59,849 nucleotides of DNA from Alphaproteobacteria bacterium (GCA_017631895.1 JAGBSK010000003.1:1-59849), one strand, 5' to 3'; numbered from the stretch's first letter, positions 17,834-28,420 are shown. The notes: generated by a model from the letters alone, not told the origin. Numbers and translations are program-made.

Positions 17834-18922
17834 ATGAATAAAATCATATACTTAGACGCGGCGGCGACGTATCAAAAAACAGATGCTGTGATTAACGCAC
17901 AGGTTGATTTTTTGCGTAATCATTATGCCAATGCTGGGCGTGGTATTTGTGCGCGTGCGGCATATGTTGATGATATGATACGGGCGGCACGGCAACATGT
18001 GGCGCGCTTTATGGGGGCGCATGAAAGCCAAATTGTTTTCACGTCTGGAACGACTGGGGGCATGAATATGAATGCGCGCATGTTGGATTTAAGCCCAGAA
18101 AAAATTGTCGCGGTATCTGATTTAGATCATCATAGTGCGCGTTTGCCATTTGAAAAAAGTTTGGCGCAAACCGTTGTTATGCCGTTGGATGCGGATTTTA
18201 ATATTGATACAAATCAGGTTCCGTATGCAGATGTGATGATAATTACTGCTATGTCGAATGTGTTGGGGCGTGTGCAAAATGTGGCGGAAATAGTGCGTAG
18301 GGCGCGTGATAAAAATCCAAATGTGATTGTTGTGGTGGATGCGGCGCAATACGTTGTGCATGATAAAATTAATGTGGGTAAATGGGGGGCTGATTTTGTT
18401 GTGTGGTCCGCACATAAAATTGGTGCGGATACGGGACTGGGGGTAATGTATATCAAAAATCCAGATGATTTTCGTCCTGTGAACTTTGGTGGTGGAATGG
18501 TTGCCAAAATCGTTGGGGATGATTTAGTGTTGGCAAACGGTCCCGAACGGTTCGAGGCAGGAACAATGCCGTTGACGCAGATTGCGGGATTAAATGTCGC
18601 GATTGATGATATTGAAAAAAATCGTCCTGATTTGAATTTAATTAAATATATGTATGATGAATTAAAAACGGTCCCACGAATTAAAATTTTATCGTCGCGT
18701 GATTCCGCTATGTTAACTTTTGTGGTTGATGATATGCATGTGTTGGATTTTGGGGCGTTCGTTGGTGCGCGTGGGATTTGTCTGCGTGTGGGAAATATGT
18801 GTGCAACGTGGGTGCATCGTGCGTTGGGCGTCTCGGGGTCGATTCGTTTGTCGGTGGGTGCGTATAACACAATGGATGATGTGCGTCGGGCGGTTCAAAT
18901 AATAAAAGACGTTATAAAATGA
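17834..18922 (+). CDS. sufS: SufS-like cysteine desulfurase (class V aminotransferase)
   Basis: YLDAAAT, DHHS, SNVLG, VDAAQ, SAHK (PLP Lys), FEAGT, RVGNMCA. Confidence 0.88.
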   Translation: MNKIIYLDAAATYQKTDAVINAQVDFLRNHYANAGRGICARAAYVDDMIRAARQHVARFMGAHESQIVFTSGTTGGMNMNARMLDLSPEKIVAVSDLDHHSARLPFEKSLAQTVVMPLDADFNIDTNQVPYADVMIITAMSNVLGRVQNVAEIVRRARDKNPNVIVVVDAAQYVVHDKINVGKWGADFVVWSAHKIGADTGLGVMYIKNPDDFRPVNFGGGMVAKIVGDDLVLANGPERFEAGTMPLTQIAGLNVAIDDIEKNRPDLNLIKYMYDELKTVPRIKILSSRDSAMLTFVVDDMHVLDFGAFVGARGICLRVGNMCATWVHRALGVSGSIRLSVGAYNTMDDVRRAVQIIKDVIK

Positions 18923-19233
18923 CATTTACCAAAGACGATATTATAGGTGCATTAAAAACCATTTTTGACCCAGAAATTCCAGTTAATATTTGGGATATGG
19001 GGTTGATTTATGGCATTGATATTAGTGATGTGGCGGTTGTTATTAAAATGACTTTTACCAGTCCCACGTGTCCCATGATGGAAGAATTGTTAGAGCAGGT
19101 ACGCGCAACAGTTCAGTCGGTTGCGGGTGATATTCCCGTACGTGTTGATTTGGTATGGGACCCGCCATGGGATTTGTCGCGTATGTCTGATGCGGCACGT
19201 CTTGAATTAGATTTAACAAACGAAGGATGGTAA
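18919..19233 (+). CDS. DUF59/SufT Fe-S cluster assembly protein
   Basis: DPEIPVNIWDMGLIY, TSPTCP, LVWDPPW, MSDAARLEL. Confidence 0.9.
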   Translation: MTFTKDDIIGALKTIFDPEIPVNIWDMGLIYGIDISDVAVVIKMTFTSPTCPMMEELLEQVRATVQSVAGDIPVRVDLVWDPPWDLSRMSDAARLELDLTNEGW

Positions 19234-19237
19234 TGCC

Positions 19238-19600
19238 ATGACATATGATGATATGAAGAATATGTTAATGATGGTGGATGATGATGCGGTGCGTCTGGAA
19301 ATATTGATGGATTTTGGACGGAATTTAGAACCTGTGCCAGATGGGGCGGAGTGCAGCGAAATTGTTGGGTGTACTTCGTTCGTTCAGATTTGCAGAAAAG
19401 AAAACCAATTCTTTGGTGTGGCGGATTCGGCATTGGTGCGTGGAATTGTGGCAATTATGTTGGCGTTGGTGAATGGAAAAACTGCAGCGCAGATAAAACA
19501 AATGGATTTGGTGGGGGAATTTGCGTCGTTAAAACTGAATCTGGGGGCGGGGCGGTTAAATGGCGTGAATTCTATGATTCGTTTTTTGCAGAATTTATGA
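19238..19600 (+). CDS. sufE: SufE family sulfur acceptor
   Basis: VGCTS, DSALVRG, RLNG; operonic with sufS. Confidence 0.85.
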   Translation: MTYDDMKNMLMMVDDDAVRLEILMDFGRNLEPVPDGAECSEIVGCTSFVQICRKENQFFGVADSALVRGIVAIMLALVNGKTAAQIKQMDLVGEFASLKLNLGAGRLNGVNSMIRFLQNL

Positions 19601-19639
19601 TAAAATGCCGTTGAAGCATATTTGAATGGGGGGCGACGT

Positions 19640-19933
19640 ATGCAAGACGATGAAAAAATGTTTCAGATTGGCGTGTGGTCCGTTGGGGTTGTGTTGCTGA
19701 TGTCAGTAATATTACAGGTGGCGTTTCGCACACAGAATCGTCAGTTAAATCGTGTCAGACGGGAAATTGTCGCAACTCAGCAGCAGATTGCGGTCGCCGA
19801 GGCAAACTTTGCATCGTATGTGCGTCCCGAAATTTTGCGTAATTTGGTGGTAAGTATTGCACCAAAATCAGAAGTGGTCAGTTTCAAGAAATCGGTTGCG
19901 GTTAATGAAATAGAATTCAAAAAAGAATTGTAA
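19640..19933 (+). CDS. ftsL: Cell division protein, FtsL-like
   Basis: Single TM plus coiled coil, EANFASYVRPE; directly upstream of ftsI. Confidence 0.65.
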   Translation: MQDDEKMFQIGVWSVGVVLLMSVILQVAFRTQNRQLNRVRREIVATQQQIAVAEANFASYVRPEILRNLVVSIAPKSEVVSFKKSVAVNEIEFKKEL

Positions 19934-21565
19934 ATGTTCGAAGTTGGCAAAGATATTTTTAAGCATGGTTTTTCGGGCGTTCGTGGCGAGGCAACGGGAC
20001 GCAAGCGTTTGCGTGTTATGTACACCGTGTTTTTAATTGCGTTTATGATATTTATTGGGCGAACATTACAGTTAGGGATTCAGGGGACAGACCGTGCACG
20101 CCTGGCGGGGGCGGATGGAGAATGGAATGTGCAACGCGCCGATATAGTTGACAGAAATGGTGATATTTTGGCGAAAAATGTCGCGTCGGGGCATATTATT
20201 TTGCGTAATCGTGCGGTACGCCCCCAGGACAGGGAAGCGGTTGCACAGACAATACATCAGGCGTTGCCGTATGAATATTCTTTGGCTGATGCGATTGCAC
20301 TGGTCAATTCGGACAGACGGTTTATTAGACTGAAAAAATATGCAAGTGATAGTCAGCGTGAAATTATTCAAAAGGCGCGGTTGGAGGGATTAGAGGTCGA
20401 AAAAATTCAGACGCGAAAGTATCCAAAACGCAGATTGTTTTCACATGTTGTTGGGTTCGTTGGTGCCGAAGGACGTGGGTTAGAGGGGGCAGAGAGAATC
20501 TATGAAGAATATTTGACTGAAAACAAAGACCCGTTGCGGTTGTCGGTTGATTCACGTGTCCAATCGGTGTTCTATGACCAGTTGTCGTTTGCGATGCAAA
20601 AATATGGAACGCGTGCGGCGATGGGAATGCTGATGAATTCACGTACAGGCGAAATTATCGCGATGGTGTCTTTGCCAGACTATGACCCAGAAAATTTGGC
20701 GGCGGACCCGGTCGGAAATCGTTTGTTCAAGCCAATGCGCAGCGTGTTTGAATTGGGGTCAATATTTAAGGTATTTAATACCGCGTTGGCGTTGGAAAAC
20801 GGAATTAACAAAGAATACTATGTAAAAGAACCTTTTATTATTCCTGATAAATTTGGGCGTATGGCTGCAAAAATTACCGATATTCGCAGTTTCAAACCAC
20901 CGCGTCCGCATTTGACGGTTGAAGAAATTATGGTTCATTCGTGCAATGTGGGCAGTGCGCAAATTGCACTGGATTTACCAGATGGGGCACAGAAAGATTT
21001 CTTTGAACGACTGCATTTTGACGAAGCGTTAAATCTGGAATTTGGACGTACGGAAAAGCCATTGTTGCCAAATAAGTGGGGACCAGTGGAACGTGCAACG
21101 CGTGCGTATGGGCATGGAATATCGGTGACGCCGATGCATTTAATGTTGGCGGTGAACGCGGTGACCAACGGGGGGATTTATATTTATCCGACCTTGCAAA
21201 AACGTAGTGTTGGTGTGGTCAAGGGTGAACGTGTTTTGGCAGATGAAATTTCGGCTAAATTGCGCCCCATTATGTTGCGTGTTGCCGAAGAAACCAGCGG
21301 TAAGCAGGCGCGTGTCGCAGGTATTCAGATTGGGGGTAAAACTGCAACGGCTGTTAAGTACACTAATGGCAAGGTTGATCATAAACGTAATGTGACGGCG
21401 TTTGTTGGGGTGTTCCCGATTAATGCGCCCCAGTACACAATTTTGGTGGTGTTGGATGAACCCCAGGGAACCAAGGAATCGTGGGGTTGGCGTACGGCTG
21501 CGTGGAATGCTGTGCCGACAACGGGAAAAATTCTGGATGGCATACTGCCGTTGCTATTTGAATAA
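19934..21565 (+). CDS. ftsI: Class B penicillin-binding protein (FtsI/PBP3)
   Basis: RADIVDRNG, GLEGAE, ELGSIFK (SxxK), SCN (SxN), GGKTAT. Confidence 0.88.
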   Translation: MFEVGKDIFKHGFSGVRGEATGRKRLRVMYTVFLIAFMIFIGRTLQLGIQGTDRARLAGADGEWNVQRADIVDRNGDILAKNVASGHIILRNRAVRPQDREAVAQTIHQALPYEYSLADAIALVNSDRRFIRLKKYASDSQREIIQKARLEGLEVEKIQTRKYPKRRLFSHVVGFVGAEGRGLEGAERIYEEYLTENKDPLRLSVDSRVQSVFYDQLSFAMQKYGTRAAMGMLMNSRTGEIIAMVSLPDYDPENLAADPVGNRLFKPMRSVFELGSIFKVFNTALALENGINKEYYVKEPFIIPDKFGRMAAKITDIRSFKPPRPHLTVEEIMVHSCNVGSAQIALDLPDGAQKDFFERLHFDEALNLEFGRTEKPLLPNKWGPVERATRAYGHGISVTPMHLMLAVNAVTNGGIYIYPTLQKRSVGVVKGERVLADEISAKLRPIMLRVAEETSGKQARVAGIQIGGKTATAVKYTNGKVDHKRNVTAFVGVFPINAPQYTILVVLDEPQGTKESWGWRTAAWNAVPTTGKILDGILPLLFE

Positions 21566-21567
21566 AT

Positions 21568-23346
21568 TTGAATTATAATGCACTTGATAATAAAAAAAAG
21601 AGAAGTGCGTTGAGTAGTAGAATAGTAGAGAAATCCATGCTGGGCAAAGCATGGGTGTTGGCAGATGGTATAGATAATGTAAATTCAGATGATCTGGTCA
21701 AAAAAATTTTGGCCGGGCGTGGTGTTTCTGGTGAAGCCGAGGTAAAAAAATTTCTTAATCCGTCAATCAAAGAATATATGCCAAATCCGTCCGTCTTGAC
21801 GGATATGGACGTGGCCGCGCGTATAATTGCAGATGCGGTGCAGAGACGTGAAAAAATTGCAATTTATGGCGACTATGATGTTGATGGTATTACATCAACT
21901 GCAATTTTTGTGAAATATTTACGTTCGGTTAACGCTGATGTTATTTGGCACCTGCCCACGCGTGAGGGCGAGGGGTATGGGCTGAATAACGACGCGATAG
22001 ATGAAATTGCAAACAGTGGTGCGCGGTTATTGATTACTGTTGATTGTGGTATCAGTGGCGTGGACGAGGTTGCGTATGCGCATACGCGTGGATTGCGTGT
22101 CGTGGTGACGGACCATCATTCGCCTGATAATGTTTTGCCAGATGCGGATGCTGTTGTGAATCCAAAACGTGCGGATGATACGTCGGAGTTGACATATCTG
22201 GCGGGGGTTGGTGTTGCGTTCTTGACATTGGTTGCGTTGAACCGCGAATTGAAAAATCGTGGGTTGGGGGTTGATAATTCCGAATTGATGAACTTTATGG
22301 ATTTAGTGGCGTTGGGTACAATTTGCGACACTATGTCATTGATTGGGCTTAATCGTGCATTTGTTGCAACGGGGTTAAAGGTTCTGGGGTTGCGACAAAA
22401 TCTAGGGTTGCGTGTGTTGATGGATGTCGCGGGAATTAAGCAGCCGTCTGTTTATGCGGCGGGGTTTGCGTTGGGACCACGATTGAATGCGGCGGGGCGT
22501 TTGGATTCGGCGGCACCTGCGTTGGAATTGCTGCTGACAGATAATCCCCTGATTGCCAATGATTTGGCAAATAAATTGCATGTCATGAACCAGGAACGTA
22601 TCGATATTCAAAATGCAATTATGTTGCGGGCATGCGAAATGGCCGAAGAATATTGTGCCGCGGGACGCGTCAGTTTGTTTGTCTGTGGTGAAAATTGGCA
22701 CGGTGGTGTTATGGGAATTATCGCCGGGCGATTAAAGGATAAATATAATTTACCATCGTGTGTTGCAACAAAATCAGACGGTGTGATAAATGGTTCGGGA
22801 CGCTCAATTGCGGGGGTTGATCTGGGAAAAATAATTCATGATGCGTTGGCGGCGGGTATTGTAAGCGAAGGCGGCGGTCATGCCGCGGCGGCGGGATTTT
22901 CGTTGGCAGAAGAAAATGAGAATGCGTTCTGTGAATTTTTGGAAAATGCAGTCAAGGAACAGTTGAATGGGGAAATGCCATCGCCAGAGTTAATTGTGGA
23001 TGCCCAGGTTGACGCAGGGGCGGCGAATATGCGCCTGGTAAAAAAAATGGCGGGGTTGGCACCGTTTGGTCAGGGTAATCCGGAACCGACATTGGTTTTG
23101 CATGGTGGGGTATTGCGATATGCGTCTGTGATGGGGGGCGGTGCACATTTGCGGGGAAGTATTTCAACCAGTACAGGGACACAATTGTCTTTTGTTGGGT
23201 TTAATTTAGTAGGAACGCCGGTTGGTGATTTTTTGCTGGACGATGTGAATGTAAATACTAAAATAAAGTTGTTGGGAAAGTTGAAAGAAAACGAATATAA
23301 CGGTCGCGTTAGTGCACAATTCTTTGTAGAAGATGTGGCGATATAA
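21568..23346 (+). CDS. recJ: ssDNA exonuclease RecJ
   Basis: GDYDVDG, TVDCG, TDHH, PRLNAAGR, GSGRS, GGGHAAAAG, PFGQGNPEP; start codon uncertain. Confidence 0.95.
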   Translation: MNYNALDNKKKRSALSSRIVEKSMLGKAWVLADGIDNVNSDDLVKKILAGRGVSGEAEVKKFLNPSIKEYMPNPSVLTDMDVAARIIADAVQRREKIAIYGDYDVDGITSTAIFVKYLRSVNADVIWHLPTREGEGYGLNNDAIDEIANSGARLLITVDCGISGVDEVAYAHTRGLRVVVTDHHSPDNVLPDADAVVNPKRADDTSELTYLAGVGVAFLTLVALNRELKNRGLGVDNSELMNFMDLVALGTICDTMSLIGLNRAFVATGLKVLGLRQNLGLRVLMDVAGIKQPSVYAAGFALGPRLNAAGRLDSAAPALELLLTDNPLIANDLANKLHVMNQERIDIQNAIMLRACEMAEEYCAAGRVSLFVCGENWHGGVMGIIAGRLKDKYNLPSCVATKSDGVINGSGRSIAGVDLGKIIHDALAAGIVSEGGGHAAAAGFSLAEENENAFCEFLENAVKEQLNGEMPSPELIVDAQVDAGAANMRLVKKMAGLAPFGQGNPEPTLVLHGGVLRYASVMGGGAHLRGSISTSTGTQLSFVGFNLVGTPVGDFLLDDVNVNTKIKLLGKLKENEYNGRVSAQFFVEDVAI

Positions 23347-23358
23347 AGATAGGTTGTT

Positions 23359-24309
23359 ATGGAAAATAAAATACAGGAATTTTTAGAACGTGTGCGTGGG
23401 GCAAAGTCTATTGCCATTATGGGACATAAAAATCCCGATGGCGATTCGTTGTGTAGCGTTTTAGCATTGGCGCATTTGATTGAAGAGAATTTTGGAGTTA
23501 GTCCTGTTTGTATGTATGATGGTAATATTCCAGAAAATCTGTCTGAGGTTCCGTTGCGCACGCGAATCAAATATTTTGAACGCGTAGATTTGTCAGAAGT
23601 TTATGATTTGGCAATTGTTATGGATTATGGAAATCCTGTTCATATTGGGGGACCGCGACCCGTGGTTGATAATGCAAAATTTGTTGTTGAAATCGATCAT
23701 CATAAAAATGAAAACCCAATCGGTCAGTTGTGTATAAATGATGATACGGCGGCGGCAACGGCTGTGATAGTATATAGGATTATGCGTGCGGGTGGATTGA
23801 TGATGGATTCGCGTACGGCTGATTTGTTGGCGTTGGCGATTTTTACCGATACTGGGAATTTCAAGTTTGTGCGCAATGGTGATGCATTGCGTATTATGGC
23901 AGACTTGGTTGATGCTGGTGTCAATATTCGCAATTTAATTGAATTGATGAATAATAAACCACGCAAGGCCGTGCAGTTAGAGGCACGTACGGCGGCGAAT
24001 GCAGAATTTTTCTATCATGGGCGTTTGGCGTTGGCGACCATCCAGAAAAAGGATTACAAGTATCTGGACGGACGTGGGGAAACGGTGCTAAGTTTGTTGG
24101 GACAGATTTCGGGTGTGGAATATGTTGTGTTGTTAAAGGAACAAAAGCCCGAACAGATTGGCATATCAATTCGCAGTCGTAAAAAACCGATTGATAAAAT
24201 TGCGGTGGCACTTGGGGGCGGGGGGCATGAACGCGCCGCCGGTGCGATTGTGCGTGATACGATGGAAAATGTTCGTGCGCGTGTTCTGGAATTATTCAAG
24301 GGGGAATAG
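23359..24309 (+). CDS. DHH/DHHA1 phosphoesterase (NrnA / Pde2-like)
   Basis: HKNPDGD, IDHH, DTGNF, SIRS, GGGGHERAAG. Confidence 0.9.
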   Translation: MENKIQEFLERVRGAKSIAIMGHKNPDGDSLCSVLALAHLIEENFGVSPVCMYDGNIPENLSEVPLRTRIKYFERVDLSEVYDLAIVMDYGNPVHIGGPRPVVDNAKFVVEIDHHKNENPIGQLCINDDTAAATAVIVYRIMRAGGLMMDSRTADLLALAIFTDTGNFKFVRNGDALRIMADLVDAGVNIRNLIELMNNKPRKAVQLEARTAANAEFFYHGRLALATIQKKDYKYLDGRGETVLSLLGQISGVEYVVLLKEQKPEQIGISIRSRKKPIDKIAVALGGGGHERAAGAIVRDTMENVRARVLELFKGE

Positions 24310-24313
24310 GGGT

Positions 24314-24928
24314 ATGAGAAAGATTTTGTTTGCAATATTTATGTGTTTGTTTTCTGTGGCGTCGTATGCCACGGTTGATACAGAGCTGGTAAAGCAGGCG
24401 GAAAAATATCTGAATTCTATTACTGGGTTGACTGGGACTTTTGTCCAGACCGCAAATGGAAAACAGCAAAATGGGGATTTTTCTATGTTGCGACCGGGGC
24501 GCGTGCGTTTGGACTATGATGATATGCCGGTGCAGTTAATTTCAGATGGGGCTGATTTATATTTCTTTGATAAGGCGTTGGACCAGATTACAACTGTGCC
24601 AATTACCAGTACGCCCGCAGGGATTTTGGTCAGAAAAAATATCGATTTACAAAATGCGGATATTAATGTGGTGGAAACAACGGATTGGAAAAATTCGTTT
24701 GCGTTAAAAATGAATCTGAAAGGCCAGGAAGGTTTGGGAAATATGACGGTGGTTTTTGATAAATCGCCCGTGAAATTAAATTCTTGGTCTGTTGTTGATG
24801 CAACAGGTGCCAAAACAGATGTAGCGTTTCGTGGGTTAAAAGAAAAAACAAATTTTGGCAAGAATTATTTTCAGATTTCGCGACACAAGACGGTTAGCAC
24901 CAGTGGTGGTGATGATTATTATGACTAA
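24314..24928 (+). CDS. lolA: Outer-membrane lipoprotein carrier LolA
   Basis: Signal peptide; FVQ, RPGRVRLDY, ISDG, TPAGIL. Confidence 0.85.
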   Translation: MRKILFAIFMCLFSVASYATVDTELVKQAEKYLNSITGLTGTFVQTANGKQQNGDFSMLRPGRVRLDYDDMPVQLISDGADLYFFDKALDQITTVPITSTPAGILVRKNIDLQNADINVVETTDWKNSFALKMNLKGQEGLGNMTVVFDKSPVKLNSWSVVDATGAKTDVAFRGLKEKTNFGKNYFQISRHKTVSTSGGDDYYD

Positions 24929-24935
24929 ATAGAAT

Positions 24936-25226
24936 ATGTTTGGAATCAGTTGGGCTGAATTTTTTGTGATTATTTTGGTTGGTGTCATTGTGATACCGGC
25001 ACGCATGTGGCCAGATGTGGCGCGATTCTTGGCGCGGGGGGTCAGGTTCGTGCGTGGAATTATCTGGAAAATTACAGATGCGTCTGAAAATATTAAAACC
25101 CAGATTGAATTAGAAAAACCAATTGATGATTTAATTCAAAATACGACAAATGATGTGTTGGATACGATTTCAATCGCAATAAAAAAACCAAAGAAAACGA
25201 ATCGCAAGCGGGGACAGAAAAAATGA
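24936..25226 (+). CDS. tatB: Twin-arginine translocase subunit TatB (TatA/B family)
   Basis: MFGISWAEF TM helix plus amphipathic helix; overlaps the tatC start. Confidence 0.75.
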   Translation: MFGISWAEFFVIILVGVIVIPARMWPDVARFLARGVRFVRGIIWKITDASENIKTQIELEKPIDDLIQNTTNDVLDTISIAIKKPKKTNRKRGQKK

Positions 25227-25930
25227 AGCAGATGACGTTGATGCAACATTTTTCTGAATTGCGTCGTCGCATTTTGTGGGTGGCGTTAATTTTTGCATGT
25301 GCGTTTGTATGTGGGTGGTATGTTGCGCCCATGCTGCAAGAATTTTTGACCGCACCTTTGTTGTCTGTGTGGGGTGATGGGGCGTTGATTTATACGGGAC
25401 TGACCGATGGGTTGATGATTCAGTTTTCGTTGGCGACATTATTTGCTTTGGTTGTGATTGCGCCGGTGGTGCTGTGGCATGTTTGGGCCTTTGTTGCGCC
25501 GGGGTTAAAGCAAAATGAACGTGGTTTTATTTTGCCAATACTGATTATGTCACCAGTTTTGTTTTTGTTGGGGGTGGGGTTTGCGTTTTATTTTCTGTTT
25601 CCGATTGTGTTCAAATTCTTTGTGGAATTAAATAAATTGGCACCTGTGCCGGCGGTATTGTTGCCCGCAGCGCGCGATTATTTGACGTTTGCAATTGGAT
25701 TGTTAAAGGTTTTTGGGATTACATTTCAATTGCCGTTGCTGTTAATTTTGCTAAATCGTGTTGGTGTATTGCCGCGTGCGCGTGTGCTGAAAATGCGGCG
25801 ATATGCGATTGTCTTTATTATAATAGCGGCGGCGATTTTGACGCCACCAGATGTGGTAAGCCAGATTTTATTGGCGTTGCCGATGTGGGCTTTGTTTGAG
25901 ATAAGCATTTTATTTATGCGTCGCGACTGA
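25223..25930 (+). CDS. tatC: Twin-arginine translocase subunit TatC
   Basis: HFSELRRR, WAFVAPGL..NE, FQLP, AAILTPPD. Confidence 0.95.
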   Translation: MKQMTLMQHFSELRRRILWVALIFACAFVCGWYVAPMLQEFLTAPLLSVWGDGALIYTGLTDGLMIQFSLATLFALVVIAPVVLWHVWAFVAPGLKQNERGFILPILIMSPVLFLLGVGFAFYFLFPIVFKFFVELNKLAPVPAVLLPAARDYLTFAIGLLKVFGITFQLPLLLILLNRVGVLPRARVLKMRRYAIVFIIIAAAILTPPDVVSQILLALPMWALFEISILFMRRD

Positions 25931-25952
25931 TTTGTGGTATAATAAGCATATC

Positions 25953-27131
25953 GTGAAAAAAATCATATTGATTTTTGTTGGGGTGTTGTTGACGCAAACT
26001 GGGTGTGATTTGCAACCACGTGTGTTGTCGTTGCCTGATTCGGTGGGGGAATTTATTTCCGCACGGTATCCTGCGTTGTTGGCGGACCCGGACAAGTTTC
26101 CAGAAATTTATAATTCTGCGGCAACTGATTATGGTGTGTATGCCGCGCCTGAGTTATATGGGACGGATGCATCGAATGACTATGTAATGTATGCGTCGGT
26201 TGATGACTATATTGTTCCGCCCCAGATAACAAGTGTTGATATGGGACCAGAGATTGTTGAACAAGATATCGCGGTTGCAACGGTTGATGATTATATCTTG
26301 GTGCCAATGTATGGGGATGTGGGTGCGCAGCGTGCGGAAATTAAGACGGATGATGTGCTGACCATTCGCAAGCCAAATGTTGGCGCGCAACAAACAACCC
26401 GTGTTGATTTGACAGAAGTGGTGGTGGCAAGTGGTGATACGTTATATTCTTTGTCGCGCAAGTATTCGGTGCCGGTTAATGATTTAGCCGTGATGAACAA
26501 GTTATCGCCTCCATTTAATTTGAAGGTTGGACAAAAGATTCGTGTGCCAAATTTGGCACGTGTGGCGGTTGAACCAACGGGTAAGACGACGGTCAAGGTT
26601 GTTGAAAAATCCCAGAATTCAAGCGTAGAGAACAAGTCTGCGCAACAAAAAATGGATGACAAAAAGTCCGAGGTTAAGATTACAACCGCGCAGTCTGAAC
26701 AAAAGATTTCATCTGACCCGTCCAAGAAGTTGCCAAAGATTAATGCGCGTTCTTCGTCTAAGTTTTCATGGCCTGTGCGTGGTAAAATATTGTCAAATTA
26801 TGGCGCGAAAAATAATGGGCTGTTTAATGATGGGGTAAATATAGGTGCAACGCGTGGTGCGGTGGTGGGGGCTGCGGAAAATGGTGTTGTGGCATACGCC
26901 GGGAACGAGGTTAAGGGTATGGGAAACTTGATTATCATTCAGCATGATGATGGGTGGATGACGGTTTATGCACATATGGATTCGATGGTTGTGCGTCGCG
27001 GTGCGCGTGTTAGTGTGGGACAAAAAATAGGCACGGTTGGTAAAACAGGCAAGGTGGATTCGCCCCAATTGCACTTTGAAATCCGCAAGGGGACCAAGGC
27101 TTATAATCCGATGCAATACTTGAAGAAATAA
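25953..27131 (+). CDS. LysM / M23 peptidase-domain lipoprotein (NlpD/DipM-like)
   Basis: Lipobox-like QTGC; LysM GDTLYSLS; M23 WPVRG, NDGVNI, YAH, LHFEIR. Confidence 0.88.
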   Translation: MKKIILIFVGVLLTQTGCDLQPRVLSLPDSVGEFISARYPALLADPDKFPEIYNSAATDYGVYAAPELYGTDASNDYVMYASVDDYIVPPQITSVDMGPEIVEQDIAVATVDDYILVPMYGDVGAQRAEIKTDDVLTIRKPNVGAQQTTRVDLTEVVVASGDTLYSLSRKYSVPVNDLAVMNKLSPPFNLKVGQKIRVPNLARVAVEPTGKTTVKVVEKSQNSSVENKSAQQKMDDKKSEVKITTAQSEQKISSDPSKKLPKINARSSSKFSWPVRGKILSNYGAKNNGLFNDGVNIGATRGAVVGAAENGVVAYAGNEVKGMGNLIIIQHDDGWMTVYAHMDSMVVRRGARVSVGQKIGTVGKTGKVDSPQLHFEIRKGTKAYNPMQYLKK

Positions 27132-27224
27132 TTAACGCCACATTTGTGGCGTTTTTGTGTGTGAATATTGTCAAATCAGATTTTTTTATTGGTTCTGATA
27201 TTTTGAATAAAAAAAGGAGAGCCG

Positions 27225-28409
27225 ATGAAAAAAATTATTTTTATTTTATCTGTGATTTTGGTGGTCTTGTTGATTATATGGTTGGTGGGGCGAACGCATC
27301 GGCAAACCGTGCCCAATGGTAATGGGTATCAGGCGTCAACCCGGGATGAAAAAATTAAAATTTATGATATCGATGACTTAGAGCAACAAGTTGCTAAAAT
27401 TATTCCAATTGGTGGTTTTGACTATATTCGTGGTGGTGCAGAAACCGAAAATACTATGCGACGGAATGAAACTGCATTTGATGACGCGGATATTTATCCG
27501 CGTGTGATGACGGGTGTGGATAATCCTGATACGCGAACGAAAATATTGGGAATTGATATTTCTATGCCAATTATTGCGGCGCCCGCTGCGGCGCATGGTT
27601 TGGCGCATGTGTCCGCCGAGGCGGGCAGCGCGCGCGGTGTGGCGGCCGCCGGTACCATTATGTCAGTCAGTACCTATGCCAGTTCAACATTGGCGGAAAT
27701 AGCAGGGGCGGGTAATGGTGCACCACAATGGTTTCAATTGTATTTAAGCAAGGATGATGCAGTGAATCGGGCGTTGGTAAAGTTAGCCGAAAATCTGGGA
27801 TATCGGGCGATAATATTGACCGTCGATGCGCCGATTGGCGGTAATCGTGTTCGTGATGTGCTTAATGATTTTAAGTTCCCGTTGGATTTGCCAAATGTGC
27901 CACGTTCAGGTGGGCGTGGAATTGGTGCTATTTTTGCCGCGGCACAAAATAATCTGATGCCGTATGATATTATGCGGGTAAAATCCTTGACGCGTTTGCC
28001 GGTGATAGTAAAGGGCATTCAGCACCCCGATGATGCCGAAATCGCAATTGCCGCCGGGGCGGATGCGATATGGGTGTCTAATCATGGTGGACGGCAACTG
28101 GATGGTGCGCCCGCCGCGTTCGAGGTTTTGCCAGAAATAGCCGCACGTGTAAATAAACGTGTTCCTATTATTTTTGACAGTGGTATTCGGCGTGGGCAAC
28201 ATATATTCAAAGCGATTGCCAGTGGGGCAGATGTCGTGGCAATTGGTCGGCCCGTGATATATGGGTTGGCGTTGGGCGGATGGCGCGGTGTCGAATCTGT
28301 GTTTGAGTATTTGCGGGCGGATTTGCAACGTGTTATGTGGTTGGCGGGTGCCCAGACGGTGGATGATATAAAGAATACAGAACTGCGCCCACGGTGCAAG
28401 ATTGAGTAA
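27225..28409 (+). CDS. FMN-dependent alpha-hydroxy-acid oxidase (L-lactate oxidase-like) with N-terminal membrane anchor
   Basis: DYIRGGA, AHGLAH, WFQLY, LTVD, VKGI, VSNHGGRQLD, DSGIRRG. Confidence 0.9.
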   Translation: MKKIIFILSVILVVLLIIWLVGRTHRQTVPNGNGYQASTRDEKIKIYDIDDLEQQVAKIIPIGGFDYIRGGAETENTMRRNETAFDDADIYPRVMTGVDNPDTRTKILGIDISMPIIAAPAAAHGLAHVSAEAGSARGVAAAGTIMSVSTYASSTLAEIAGAGNGAPQWFQLYLSKDDAVNRALVKLAENLGYRAIILTVDAPIGGNRVRDVLNDFKFPLDLPNVPRSGGRGIGAIFAAAQNNLMPYDIMRVKSLTRLPVIVKGIQHPDDAEIAIAAGADAIWVSNHGGRQLDGAPAAFEVLPEIAARVNKRVPIIFDSGIRRGQHIFKAIASGADVVAIGRPVIYGLALGGWRGVESVFEYLRADLQRVMWLAGAQTVDDIKNTELRPRCKIE

Positions 28410-28420
28410 TAAACAAAAAC

